DNA from: Coprothermobacterota bacterium
GTDB lineage: Bacteria > Coprothermobacterota > Coprothermobacteria > Coprothermobacterales > Coprothermobacteraceae
Assembly: GCA_036679065.1 (NCBI GenBank)
Contig: JAZIGN010000003.1
Span: 544,001 to 608,000, forward strand
Length of the DNA: 64,000 nt
Direction: 5' to 3'
Position 1 is the stretch's first letter; the number at the start of each line of letters is the position of its first letter. The position numbers and the translations under genes are program-made. Below the pieces are notes generated by a model. The model worked only from the letters and a program-made list of their open reading frames with translations, made no database searches and had not been told where the DNA came from. This document shows, in pieces, positions 9,314 to 18,365 of the stretch.

Positions 9314-10492
9314 ATGAAGGTAGCTTTAGAAACCAACCAACTCATTGCCTTGGCGATGAAACAGATCGAGCCACATGTGGTTGCAGCGTACCCTATCACT
9401 CCTTCCACTGAAGTTGTTCAAGAGTTTTCTCAATATGTAGCTAATGGTGATGTTAAGACGGAGTTTGTGCCCGTAGAGAGCGAGCACTCTGCAATGTCCG
9501 CATGTTTAGCGGCCTCTCTTTCAGGTGCTCGTGTCATGACGGCAACGGCTTCTCAGGGTTTGGCTTTCATGTGGGAGATGCTTCACATTGCTGCAGCTTC
9601 CAGGGCGCCCATTGTTACCATAGTGGCTAACCGTGCACTAAGTGCGCCCATTAATATTCACGGGGATCATGCTGATGCCATGGGTGCGAGGGACACTGGA
9701 TGGCTACAGCTTTGGGCCGAAACTGCCCAGGAAGCTTACGATAACACCATCCAGGCCATAAAAATCGCTGAGGATCCAAGAGTTCGCTTTCCCATGTTGG
9801 TGAACTATGATGGTTTTACTACTTCTCATGCCGTGGAAACCGTAGAGATTCTTGACGATGAACAAGTTAGGAGCTTTCTAGGTTCTGCTCCAAAGCCAAC
9901 ATACAGCTTGCTGGATACTGAGCATCCTGCCAGTTTCGGCGTGCTTGCATTGCAGGACTACTACATGGAGTTTAGGAGAGCTCAAGCAGAGGCTTACAAG
10001 AATGTGAAGGACGTCGTTTTGGAAGTGGCTGAGGATTATGCTAAGCTTACTGGTCGCAAATACGGCATACTAGAGGAGTACAAGCTGGACGATGCAGAAG
10101 TTGTTCTAATTGCCATGAACAGTGCTGCTGGTACTGCCAAAGAGACCGTGGATTTGCTACGCAGTCAAGGAAAGAAAGTGGGAGTATTAAAGATAAGGTT
10201 ATTCAGACCATTCCCTGTGGAGGAAATTCGTTCAGCTCTTAGTAATGCAAAGTCGGTTGTTGTCATGGACAGGGCTTATACGTACGGTGGTCCATCAGGT
10301 CCCTTATTTGAGGAGATAGCGACTGCCTTGGTTAACGAAACGAAGAAGCCCTTGCTTGGCAACGTAATTGCCGGTTTGGGTGGAAGAGATATTACCATGG
10401 AAGACATTGAGCAGGTTTTCGATCTTGGCTACAAGGCTTTGGAGAAAGGTAACTTTGAGCCTTTGGTTAGCTGGGTCGGAGTAAGGGAGTGA
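9314..10492 (+). CDS. porA: Pyruvate/2-oxoacid:ferredoxin oxidoreductase alpha subunit
   Basis: YPITP, VESEHSAMS, TASQG and NRALSAPINI motifs. Confidence 0.95.
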   Translation: MKVALETNQLIALAMKQIEPHVVAAYPITPSTEVVQEFSQYVANGDVKTEFVPVESEHSAMSACLAASLSGARVMTATASQGLAFMWEMLHIAAASRAPIVTIVANRALSAPINIHGDHADAMGARDTGWLQLWAETAQEAYDNTIQAIKIAEDPRVRFPMLVNYDGFTTSHAVETVEILDDEQVRSFLGSAPKPTYSLLDTEHPASFGVLALQDYYMEFRRAQAEAYKNVKDVVLEVAEDYAKLTGRKYGILEEYKLDDAEVVLIAMNSAAGTAKETVDLLRSQGKKVGVLKIRLFRPFPVEEIRSALSNAKSVVVMDRAYTYGGPSGPLFEEIATALVNETKKPLLGNVIAGLGGRDITMEDIEQVFDLGYKALEKGNFEPLVSWVGVRE

Positions 10493-10499
10493 TAAGAGT

Positions 10500-11447
10500 A
10501 TGGCGGTGATAAATATAAAAAGCCTCACTGATTTGGAGCCGCGTTTCGTAGGTGGACATCGTCTGTGCGCTGGTTGCAATGAAGGCACCATTGTTCGCCA
10601 AGTTTTGTTAGCAGCGCACGAGTACGAAGTGGTAGTACTAAATGCCACTGGCTGTTTAGAAGTAACCACTTCTGTTTATCCTTACAGTTCTTGGAATGTG
10701 CCTTGGCTTCACGAAGCTTTTGAAAACGTTGCGGCTGCAGCTAGTGGTGCTGAGGCTGCATACAAAGCACTCAAGCGTTTCGGTGAGATTCCTGAAGATA
10801 AGCAGATAAAGTTCATAGCTTTTGCTGGTGACGGTGGCACTTATGACATTGGTTTGCAGGCCCTATCTGGAGCCTTGGAAAGAGGTCACAGCTTCCTTTA
10901 TGTTCTTCTAGACAACGAAGCCTATATGAATACAGGAATTCAAAGATCCTCTTCAACTCCTCAGTTTGCTTGGACGACTACTTCTCCTGTGGGAAATGTA
11001 AGTCCTGGAAAAGTACAGCCTAAGAAGAACATCGTGGAAATCGTTGCTGCTCACGGTGTACCTTATGTGGCTACTGCATCACCCAGTCACTATGTGGACT
11101 TAATGACCAAGGTGCAAAAAGCGTTGAGTTATGATGGTCCCACGTTCTTGGCGGTTTACTCTAACTGCAACAGGGGACACAGAAATGATACGGCTCTTTC
11201 GGTAAAAGTAGCTAGAATGGCTGTAGAAACGAACTACTGGCCTCTTTATGAGATTGAGGACGGCAAATACAGAATAACCTACAAACCTCGTAAGCCACAG
11301 CCAATTGAAGAGTGGCTGAAGCTCCAAGGTCGTTTCTCACATCTGATGAAACCCGAAAATCAGGATAAGGTTAAAGAACTTCAGGAGTGGGTCAATAGTA
11401 AGTGGGAACTGCTGCAAAAGAAAGAAGAGTTCAGTAAGACTTTGTAG
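10500..11447 (+). CDS. porB: Pyruvate/2-oxoacid:ferredoxin oxidoreductase beta subunit
   Basis: GHRLCAGC, ATGCLEV and TPP-binding GDG...DNEAYMNTG. Confidence 0.95.
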   Translation: MAVINIKSLTDLEPRFVGGHRLCAGCNEGTIVRQVLLAAHEYEVVVLNATGCLEVTTSVYPYSSWNVPWLHEAFENVAAAASGAEAAYKALKRFGEIPEDKQIKFIAFAGDGGTYDIGLQALSGALERGHSFLYVLLDNEAYMNTGIQRSSSTPQFAWTTTSPVGNVSPGKVQPKKNIVEIVAAHGVPYVATASPSHYVDLMTKVQKALSYDGPTFLAVYSNCNRGHRNDTALSVKVARMAVETNYWPLYEIEDGKYRITYKPRKPQPIEEWLKLQGRFSHLMKPENQDKVKELQEWVNSKWELLQKKEEFSKTL

Positions 11448-11475
11448 CAGCGTTGAAAAGATAGCTTTTGCAACT

Positions 11476-11515
11476 GAAAGGAGGGGCCTTCTTCTCTAAA
11501 GAGGCCCCTCCTTTC
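11476..11515. terminator. Probable bidirectional terminator
   Basis: 14-bp inverted repeat GAAAGGAGGGGCCT / AGGCCCCTCCTTTC between convergent genes. Confidence 0.75.
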
Positions 11516-12110
11516 TATTAAGTGGACATTCCTCACAACGTGGTCTCTTCTTGCAATAGTTCTTACCTACTTCCACGAAGGCAGCGTGAACCCTTTTGAG
11601 AATGTCTACGTTGGTAGCATCTTGGCCCAAAGCAGTTATTAGTAGCTGTTTTATTTGCTCGTAGTTAAATGGTTCATTCACTAAGCCACAGCTTTTCAGT
11701 ACACGATACGTGTATGCGTCAACTACCATTTCAGGTTTCCCTAGTGCGTACAGCAAAATGCTGTCTGCTGTTTCTGGTCCAATGCCCTTTATGTTCAAAA
11801 GCTCCTCACGTGGGGGTTGTGGGTTCTTTAACATGAGTTCTGCTAAGTTCTTCAACGTGGTGGCTTTTCTTCTATAAAAGCCGGCAGGACTTATCACAGT
11901 TTCTAAATCTTTCGACTCCAGAATTCTCTCCCAGTTGTTTATGCCTGATTCTTTAAGGCGCTCCATGGCTTTTGATACGTTGTTCCAACTGGTATTTTGA
12001 GTTAGTACTGCAGACACAGCAATGTCAAAAACAGAGCTTCCGGGCCACCAATCAGGGTCCGATTGAAAAGCTAAAAGGAGCGTTATGAGTGTATGCAATT
12101 TTTCGTTCAT
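11496..12110 (-). CDS. HhH-GPD DNA glycosylase (endonuclease III-related)
   Basis: AVLTQNTSW, HhH IKGIGPETADSILLYAL, VVDAY, C-terminal CKKRPRCEECP. Confidence 0.9.
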   Translation of the reverse strand: MNEKLHTLITLLLAFQSDPDWWPGSSVFDIAVSAVLTQNTSWNNVSKAMERLKESGINNWERILESKDLETVISPAGFYRRKATTLKNLAELMLKNPQPPREELLNIKGIGPETADSILLYALGKPEMVVDAYTYRVLKSCGLVNEPFNYEQIKQLLITALGQDATNVDILKRVHAAFVEVGKNYCKKRPRCEECPLNRKEGPL

Positions 12111-12171
12111 ATAGTGTTAGAATAATACTATCAGCTTAAAGTAATCTTAACACAAACAGGAGGAGACGCGC

Positions 12172-13347
12172 ATGGCACACTTAGCGGAAAGGCTTAATAA
12201 CTTGGGTAGCGAAGGGGCTTTTGAGGTTTTGGCAAAGACGAAGGTGCTTGAAGCCCAGGGAAAGAAGATAGCACATTTTGAAATAGGCGAGCCTGATTTT
12301 GATACACCAGAAAACATAAAGAAGGTTGCCTATGAAGCTTTGGAAAAGGGCTACACCCACTACGTTCCTTCCTTGGGTGTTCCTGAAGCCAGAGAAGCTT
12401 ACGCAAAATATGTTTCAAAGACTAGAAATGTGGAAGTAGATCCAGGACAGATCATTGTGACTGCAGGTGCGAAGCCCCTCATTTTCTACACCATGATGGC
12501 TCTTGTTAATCCAGGTGACGAAGTTATTTACCCTGATCCTGGCTATCCTATTTATTCCTCAGCAGTGAGGTTCGCAGGTGGAGTACCAAAGCCCATCGTT
12601 CTACGCGAAGAGAACGATTTTAGGCTGGATGTGGATGAACTAAAAAAGATGGTAACACCTAAGACCAAGGTCATAATAGTAAACAGTCCGCACAACCCCA
12701 CAGGAAGCGTACTTAATAAGGAAGAGCTCAAAGCCATTCTTGATTTGGCGGACGGGGAGCATCTGTTCATTCTTTGTGACGAGCTCTATCATCGTATCTA
12801 CTATGGTGGCGAGATGGCTCCTTCCATGTATGAATTTCCTGAAGCAAAAGAAAAGGTCATACTCATGGAAGGTTTTTCTAAGATATATGCCATGACAGGT
12901 TGGAGGCTGGGCTACGGAGTACTTCCTCCTGACTTGGTACCATGGTTCAGTAAACTCCAAACAAACGTTTACAGTCATGCTCCAGCTTTCGTGCAGGTAG
13001 CTGGTATTGAAGCCTATAACGGTCCTCAAGATGCTCCGAAAGCCATGGTAGAGGAGTTCAAGAGAAGAAGAGACTATATTGTTCCCAGATTGAATTCCAT
13101 GGACTTAGTGCACTGCGTAGAACCCAAAGGTGCTTTCTATGCTTGGTTGAACATAAAGAAACTTAATAGGCCTTCAAACGAAGTAGCTGAGTACTTGCTT
13201 AACGAAGCAGGAGTAGCTGTGCTGACAGGCACCTCTTTCGGAGAGTCTGGAGAAGGGTACCTCCGTATGTCCTATGCAGCATCCATGGAAGACATTAAGT
13301 ATGGTTTAGATCAACTGGAGAAATACTTGCCAAAGTTGGCAAAGTAG
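12172..13347 (+). CDS. Class I/II PLP aminotransferase (aspartate aminotransferase-like)
   Basis: GEPDF, NSPHNPTG, DELY and GFSKIYAMTGWRLG motifs. Confidence 0.95.
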   Translation: MAHLAERLNNLGSEGAFEVLAKTKVLEAQGKKIAHFEIGEPDFDTPENIKKVAYEALEKGYTHYVPSLGVPEAREAYAKYVSKTRNVEVDPGQIIVTAGAKPLIFYTMMALVNPGDEVIYPDPGYPIYSSAVRFAGGVPKPIVLREENDFRLDVDELKKMVTPKTKVIIVNSPHNPTGSVLNKEELKAILDLADGEHLFILCDELYHRIYYGGEMAPSMYEFPEAKEKVILMEGFSKIYAMTGWRLGYGVLPPDLVPWFSKLQTNVYSHAPAFVQVAGIEAYNGPQDAPKAMVEEFKRRRDYIVPRLNSMDLVHCVEPKGAFYAWLNIKKLNRPSNEVAEYLLNEAGVAVLTGTSFGESGEGYLRMSYAASMEDIKYGLDQLEKYLPKLAK

Positions 13348-13368
13348 ACAGATTCCGCTTACTTGAGA

Positions 13369-13410
13369 AAGTTAAGAAGGGGCCCCTTTTAGAGGGTCCC
13401 TTCTTAACTT
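13369..13410. terminator. Probable bidirectional terminator
   Basis: AAGTTAAGAAGGGGCCC / GGGTCCCTTCTTAACTT inverted repeat between convergent genes. Confidence 0.75.
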
Positions 13411-13438
13411 ATAGGACATTAGGCCCTATAAATCGGGC

Positions 13439-14806
13439 CTACATGGTGTTAATGGGGTAGCCTAGGAGTGCAAAAGCGGATTCTTTTGCCACTTCTGATA
13501 AGGTAGGATGTGCATGAATGACTTCAGAGAGTTCTTTCACTGTCATGTTTTGCTGAAGGACGACTGCCATTTCATTGATTATTAGATCGGCTCCTACACC
13601 TGCCATCTGCACACCTAAAATTCTGCCCGTATCCGCTTCCACAATGAATTTGCAGAATCCTTCTGTTCTGTTCTTCGCCACAGCTGCTCCCAAAGCTCGG
13701 TAAGGTAATGTATAAGTTTTTACTGCTAACCCAGCTTGAGAAGCTTCCTTTTCTGTTTGCCCTATGGCTGCCAGTGGCGGGTCTGTAAACACAACCCAAG
13801 GAACTGCATGCCAATCCATTTCATTTGCTTCTCCTAGTATGTGCTTCACTGCAAAAATACCTTCGTGGGACGCAACATGAGCTAAAGCTCCTCTGGAAAC
13901 AGGAGGAATGGCCACGTCTCCTATGGCATAGGTACCTTCCTCGGAGGTAACTAAGCTGTTGTTAACTTTGATCTTTCCTCTTTCTGTTTGAACTTTATCT
14001 GTTTTGATAACCTCTGAGTTAGGGGTGCGCCCAACGCCGACAACGATCTGGTCTACTTCCAGCTCTTGGTCGTTTGTCAACGTTACTTTGAGGTGATCCT
14101 CTTTATGCTCAATGGTTTTTACTGAATTGCCCACGATGAACTTTATGCCTTTCTTGGAAAGGATTCTAGCGTAATTACTAGAAGCATCACTGTCCAGCAG
14201 CGGCATCACTTGCGGCACCAACTCCACCACAGTTAGCTCGGTACCAAAGGCTCTTAAAATGTCGCTTAGTTCCAAGCCAATAGCTCCAGTACCTACGACC
14301 AAAGCTCTTTTCGGCAGTTCTTTACGTGTGAAAAAGTGGTTACTGTTTATAATCCATTTCTTGTCAGTAGCCAGTCCGGGCAATTCTGCTGGTCTAGACC
14401 CAGTAGCAATAATGACGTTGTCAAATTCATAAGTTTGGCCGCCGGCTTCTATTCTGTGATCACCTAAATAGAAAGCTTCTGCGTTAATAAAACGAACTCC
14501 GCGCTTCTTTAGGAGGAACTCTACGCCTTTTCGCAGCTGGGCCACAGTTTTTAGCATGCGCTGTTGAACTTGCTCCCAGCTGATTTCGGCACCCTCTACT
14601 TTTATCCCGAACTGTGATGCCTCTTCAATATGGGAATAAAGCTCGGTACTTGCTAGTATGGTTTTAGTAGGTATGCATCCCAAGTTCAAGCAAGTACCAC
14701 CAACAAACTGTTTTTCAAACAAGGTTACTTCTATGCCACGCTGTGCTGCATACAGTGCTGCTTCGTAACCGCCAGGTCCTGCGCCAATTATGCCAAGTTT
14801 CACCAA
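13439..14806 (-). CDS. lpdA: Dihydrolipoamide dehydrogenase
   Basis: GAGPGG, GGTCLNLGCIP redox disulfide, HAHPTLSE. Confidence 0.95.
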   Translation of the reverse strand: MVKLGIIGAGPGGYEAALYAAQRGIEVTLFEKQFVGGTCLNLGCIPTKTILASTELYSHIEEASQFGIKVEGAEISWEQVQQRMLKTVAQLRKGVEFLLKKRGVRFINAEAFYLGDHRIEAGGQTYEFDNVIIATGSRPAELPGLATDKKWIINSNHFFTRKELPKRALVVGTGAIGLELSDILRAFGTELTVVELVPQVMPLLDSDASSNYARILSKKGIKFIVGNSVKTIEHKEDHLKVTLTNDQELEVDQIVVGVGRTPNSEVIKTDKVQTERGKIKVNNSLVTSEEGTYAIGDVAIPPVSRGALAHVASHEGIFAVKHILGEANEMDWHAVPWVVFTDPPLAAIGQTEKEASQAGLAVKTYTLPYRALGAAVAKNRTEGFCKFIVEADTGRILGVQMAGVGADLIINEMAVVLQQNMTVKELSEVIHAHPTLSEVAKESAFALLGYPINTM

Positions 14807-14923
14807 GGAAACACCTCCTTTGAGCCTATTAACTGCATTCTACCATAATTTATTGGTTATAAATTTCTCGATTAGATGCCATGGTTTAAGTTATAATTAA
14901 AGCGATATGAAGGGAGTGTGCAT

Positions 14924-15949
14924 ATGTTAGCCATAAGGAAAGGTTCAGCTACGAAAGGTGTTGCCATGTACGAGATCGAGGAGCCTGAAGTACCAGAAGG
15001 TTGGGCTCTGGTTAAAGTCCTAAAAGCTTCAATATGCGGAACTGATGTTCATATTTACCAGTGGAATGAATGGTCACAAAAACGTATGAAGCCTCCTGTA
15101 ACCATAGGCCATGAGTTCGTTGGCAAAGTTTTGAAAGTAAACAAGGGGACAGGAAGAGTACAAGAGGGCGACATCGTTTCTGCTGAGTCACATGTGGTGT
15201 GCCACGTTTGTCGCATGTGCAGGCGAAACATGTATCACGCTTGCGAAAATACAAGAATCATAGGAGTTCACATGGACGGAGCTTTTGCCGAGTACATAGC
15301 CATACCTGAAGAGAACTTGGTCAAGCTGCCTGGCAGTGTTCCCTTGGAAGCTGGTTCGGTCTTGGAACCCTTTGGCAATGCGGTCCATACGGTGCAATCT
15401 GTGGATGTTAGAGGCAAAAGGGTTGTGGTTACGGGAGTTGGCCCCATTGGGGTCATGGCTATACCGGTGGCCAAAGCGCTGGGTGCGGTAGAGATTATTG
15501 CCACAGATCTTTCTGACTATAGGCTGAAGTTGGCTTCTGATGTGGGAGCAGATGTGGTTATTAATGTTAAGGAACAAGATCCCGTCCAGATTGTGCAGGA
15601 CCTGGGCGGCGCAGATGTGGTTTTAGAAATGAGTGGTAGCGAAAAGGCGCTTAATCAGGGTCTTGAAATGATTGTGCCGGGAGGAGAAATGGCGATCTTA
15701 GGTCTTCCCGACAACCGCGTTTCTCTGGATTTAGCGAATAACGTAGTTTCTAAGGGCATAACTATAAGAGGCATAACTGGGCGCAGACTATGGGAGACTT
15801 GGGACTTGGGCGTATCATTAGTTAGTAGCGGAAAAGTAGATTTGAAGAAGGTAATCACGCATCAATTCGACTTCAAAGATTATGAAGCGGCCTTTTCCGC
15901 TATGATGTCAGGTAATTCAGGTAAGGTGGTTCTAAACGTAAGTCAATAA
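14924..15949 (+). CDS. tdh: L-threonine 3-dehydrogenase
   Basis: ICGTDVHIYQWNEW, GHEFVG, structural Zn CxxCxxCx7C, EPFGNAVHT, GITGR. Confidence 0.93.
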   Translation: MLAIRKGSATKGVAMYEIEEPEVPEGWALVKVLKASICGTDVHIYQWNEWSQKRMKPPVTIGHEFVGKVLKVNKGTGRVQEGDIVSAESHVVCHVCRMCRRNMYHACENTRIIGVHMDGAFAEYIAIPEENLVKLPGSVPLEAGSVLEPFGNAVHTVQSVDVRGKRVVVTGVGPIGVMAIPVAKALGAVEIIATDLSDYRLKLASDVGADVVINVKEQDPVQIVQDLGGADVVLEMSGSEKALNQGLEMIVPGGEMAILGLPDNRVSLDLANNVVSKGITIRGITGRRLWETWDLGVSLVSSGKVDLKKVITHQFDFKDYEAAFSAMMSGNSGKVVLNVSQ

Positions 15950-15993
15950 ATCAGTAATAAGTATTAAGCTTTTGCAGCTGAGCAGACTTTGAA

Positions 15994-16002
15994 TGATATA
16001 AT
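15994..16002 (+). promoter_or_regulatory. Extended -10 promoter (TGaTATAAT), leaderless start of remA operon
   Basis: TATAAT 15997-16002, 6 nt before GTG 16009; no SD. Confidence 0.7.
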
Positions 16003-16008
16003 AAAGAA

Positions 16009-16320
16009 GTGGAAAGTGGTTTCCTTAATATTGGCTTTAGTTCGTACATTTCTGTAACAAAAATAATAGGCATTGTCAGTCCTGACTCTGCCCCGATAAG
16101 GCGGATGATAAGGCTCGCAAAAGAGCAAGGGCGGCTTGTGGATGCCACATTTGGGCGTAGAACCAGGGCTGCTATTTTGACAGAAGGTGGCTTTATCGTG
16201 CTATCTGCAGTGTTGCCTGATACCTTGGTGAGCCGCCTTGAGGAAGAAGAGGAAGAAAGAATAGAGCCCATCACTGAACAAGAAGCGGAACTACAAAAGG
16301 AATCAGGAGAGGACGTTTAA
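16009..16320 (+). CDS. remA: RemA/DUF370 family regulator
   Basis: NIGF, SPDSAPIRR, DATFGRRTRA; conserved position upstream of gmk. Confidence 0.92.
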   Translation: MESGFLNIGFSSYISVTKIIGIVSPDSAPIRRMIRLAKEQGRLVDATFGRRTRAAILTEGGFIVLSAVLPDTLVSRLEEEEEERIEPITEQEAELQKESGEDV

Positions 16321-16986
16321 GTGGGCGGTAGACTCATTGTCATCAGTGGTCCTTCCGGTGTTGGGAAGGGTACTGTGGTAAGTGAACTATTAAACAGGGA
16401 TAAGGAACTTGTGCTTTCCATCTCAGTGACCACGCGTAGCCGAAGACCCGGAGAAGTTGATGGTAAGGATTACTATTTTGTGGACTACTCCACGTTCAAG
16501 AAGATGGTTGCCACTGATCGATTGCTGGAATGGGCATATGTTCATGGTTCTTACTATGGCACGCCCAAAGATTTCGTTATGCAGCATTTGGAACAGGGCA
16601 AGAAGGTAATATTAGAAATCGATATGCAGGGAGCGATGCAGGTTCGGAGGAGGTTCCCAGATGCTATTTTAATATTTTTGTTGCCTCCTTCTTTGGATGA
16701 GCTTAAGCATCGTTTGATGAAAAGAGGCACTGAAGAAATGGACGAGCAGCAGCTTAGGCTGCTTCGTAGCTTGCAGGAGCTCGACTACCTCAGGGAATAC
16801 CATTTTTTTGTGGTCAACGTGGAAGTAAATCAAGCTGTGGAAAATATAATGAAGATCCTGTCTTTAGTGGATTTTGTTGTAACTGAGGACAGGGCACGCA
16901 CCATGGTGGAATCACTAAGAAAAGGAGGTATTTTTGATGAAGCAGGTGACATTAGAAGAGCTGGAGAGAATTACTGGACTCCCTAG
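16321..16986 (+). CDS. gmk: Guanylate kinase
   Basis: GPSGVGKGT P-loop, TTR..RPGEVDGKDYYF, YYGTP. Confidence 0.96.
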   Translation: MGGRLIVISGPSGVGKGTVVSELLNRDKELVLSISVTTRSRRPGEVDGKDYYFVDYSTFKKMVATDRLLEWAYVHGSYYGTPKDFVMQHLEQGKKVILEIDMQGAMQVRRRFPDAILIFLLPPSLDELKHRLMKRGTEEMDEQQLRLLRSLQELDYLREYHFFVVNVEVNQAVENIMKILSLVDFVVTEDRARTMVESLRKGGIFDEAGDIRRAGENYWTP

Positions 16987-17131
16987 ATATGCCGTGGTGG
17001 TGGCGGTAGGTTTGACAGCTAAGAAAATACAGAAAGAAGTATTATCTCATTCTCCTACCTATGAGGTTCCTGTGGAAAGAGCCATTCAAGACATAGCAGA
17101 AAGAAAGGTCACAGTTACACTGCGCATCTAG
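16937..17131 (+). CDS. rpoZ: RNA polymerase omega subunit
   Basis: RYAVVVAV..AKKI and PVERAIQDI omega-like pattern; gmk-rpoZ-coaBC synteny; GGAGG SD. Confidence 0.8.
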   Translation: MKQVTLEELERITGLPRYAVVVAVGLTAKKIQKEVLSHSPTYEVPVERAIQDIAERKVTVTLRI

Positions 17132-17141
17132 TGAGTTTTGT

Positions 17142-18365
17142 ATGTGGATCCCTGGCAGTATATTCCGCAGAAAAAACATTCTCTTGGGAGTAACTGGTTC
17201 CATTGCAGCTTTCAAAGCCTGTAGTTTAGCTTCTACTCTTTCTAAGTTTGATGCTCATGTGCGAACTATTCTGACTGCATCAGCTTTGCATTTTGTGGGG
17301 CCTACTAGTTTCGTTTCCCTTACCAACGACGCTGCTTACACTGATCAGGATTACTGGTCATCAAATATTCGCAGTTTGCACATTGAACTAGGGCGCTGGG
17401 CAGATGTGTTGGTTGTAGCTCCTGCCACGGCAAACACGTTGGCAAAAATTGCTAACGGTTTCGCTGATAATCTCTTGACTAGCACAGTACTGGGCTGTGA
17501 TAAACCATTGGTGTTGGTTCCTGCAATGAACGTGCGCATGTATGAAAACAAGATAACTCAAGAGAATCTAGATAAGCTCAGAAACTTGGGATGCGTTGTA
17601 GTAGAGCCTGAGGTTGGACACTTAGCTGATGGAGAAGTGGGTAAGGGGCGTTTTCCCGAGACAGAAACGATTTTGTTTCACATAGCTAGAACTGTGGTGC
17701 CACAAGATTTAAGTGGAAGAAACATAGTGGTCACTGCTGGACCTACTAGAGAGTACATTGATGAAGTAAGGTTCATATCAAATCCTTCCAGTGGAAAGAT
17801 GGGTTACGCTTTAGCGCAAGCTTTGGCACTCAGAGGTGCTGATGTTACTTTGCTAAGTGGCCCTGTAACCTTAGATGTACCTCAAGGTGTTCGTCTGCTG
17901 CAGTTTGAATCTGTTAGCGAGCTTATGCAGCTTATGGAACACTTCCTGCCGGAGGCGGACGCAGTTGTAATGGCAGCTGCAGTAGGTGACTTCACCACTG
18001 AGAGGAGAGAAGGTAAATTAAGACGACAAGGGGAACTAGCGTTGACTTTGAAAGCCACACCAGATGTTGTAGGTTCCTTTGCAGCGAAATACGCGAAGCC
18101 TGTTTACGTTGCTTTTGCAGCTGGAGTCGCCGATGTTATCAAAGATGCTGAGGAAAAGCTAAAACGTAAACACGTGGATGCCATATTTGCCAACCGTATT
18201 GACACTTCCCAGACGGGATTTGCTGTAGACACCAACAGTGGTTGGTTCATAAGCAAAGAAAGAGGTGTGGAAGAAGCACCTTTGCAGTCCAAAGTTGATT
18301 TGGCATGGTGGCTCAGTGAGAGAATTGTATGGCTGATAGAAGCAAAATCAGAAACTTCTCCATAA
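17142..18365 (+). CDS. coaBC: Bifunctional PPC decarboxylase/synthetase
   Basis: GVTGSIAAFK, APATANTLAK, PAMN, TAGPTREYID.VRFISNPSSGKMG. Confidence 0.96.
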   Translation: MWIPGSIFRRKNILLGVTGSIAAFKACSLASTLSKFDAHVRTILTASALHFVGPTSFVSLTNDAAYTDQDYWSSNIRSLHIELGRWADVLVVAPATANTLAKIANGFADNLLTSTVLGCDKPLVLVPAMNVRMYENKITQENLDKLRNLGCVVVEPEVGHLADGEVGKGRFPETETILFHIARTVVPQDLSGRNIVVTAGPTREYIDEVRFISNPSSGKMGYALAQALALRGADVTLLSGPVTLDVPQGVRLLQFESVSELMQLMEHFLPEADAVVMAAAVGDFTTERREGKLRRQGELALTLKATPDVVGSFAAKYAKPVYVAFAAGVADVIKDAEEKLKRKHVDAIFANRIDTSQTGFAVDTNSGWFISKERGVEEAPLQSKVDLAWWLSERIVWLIEAKSETSP

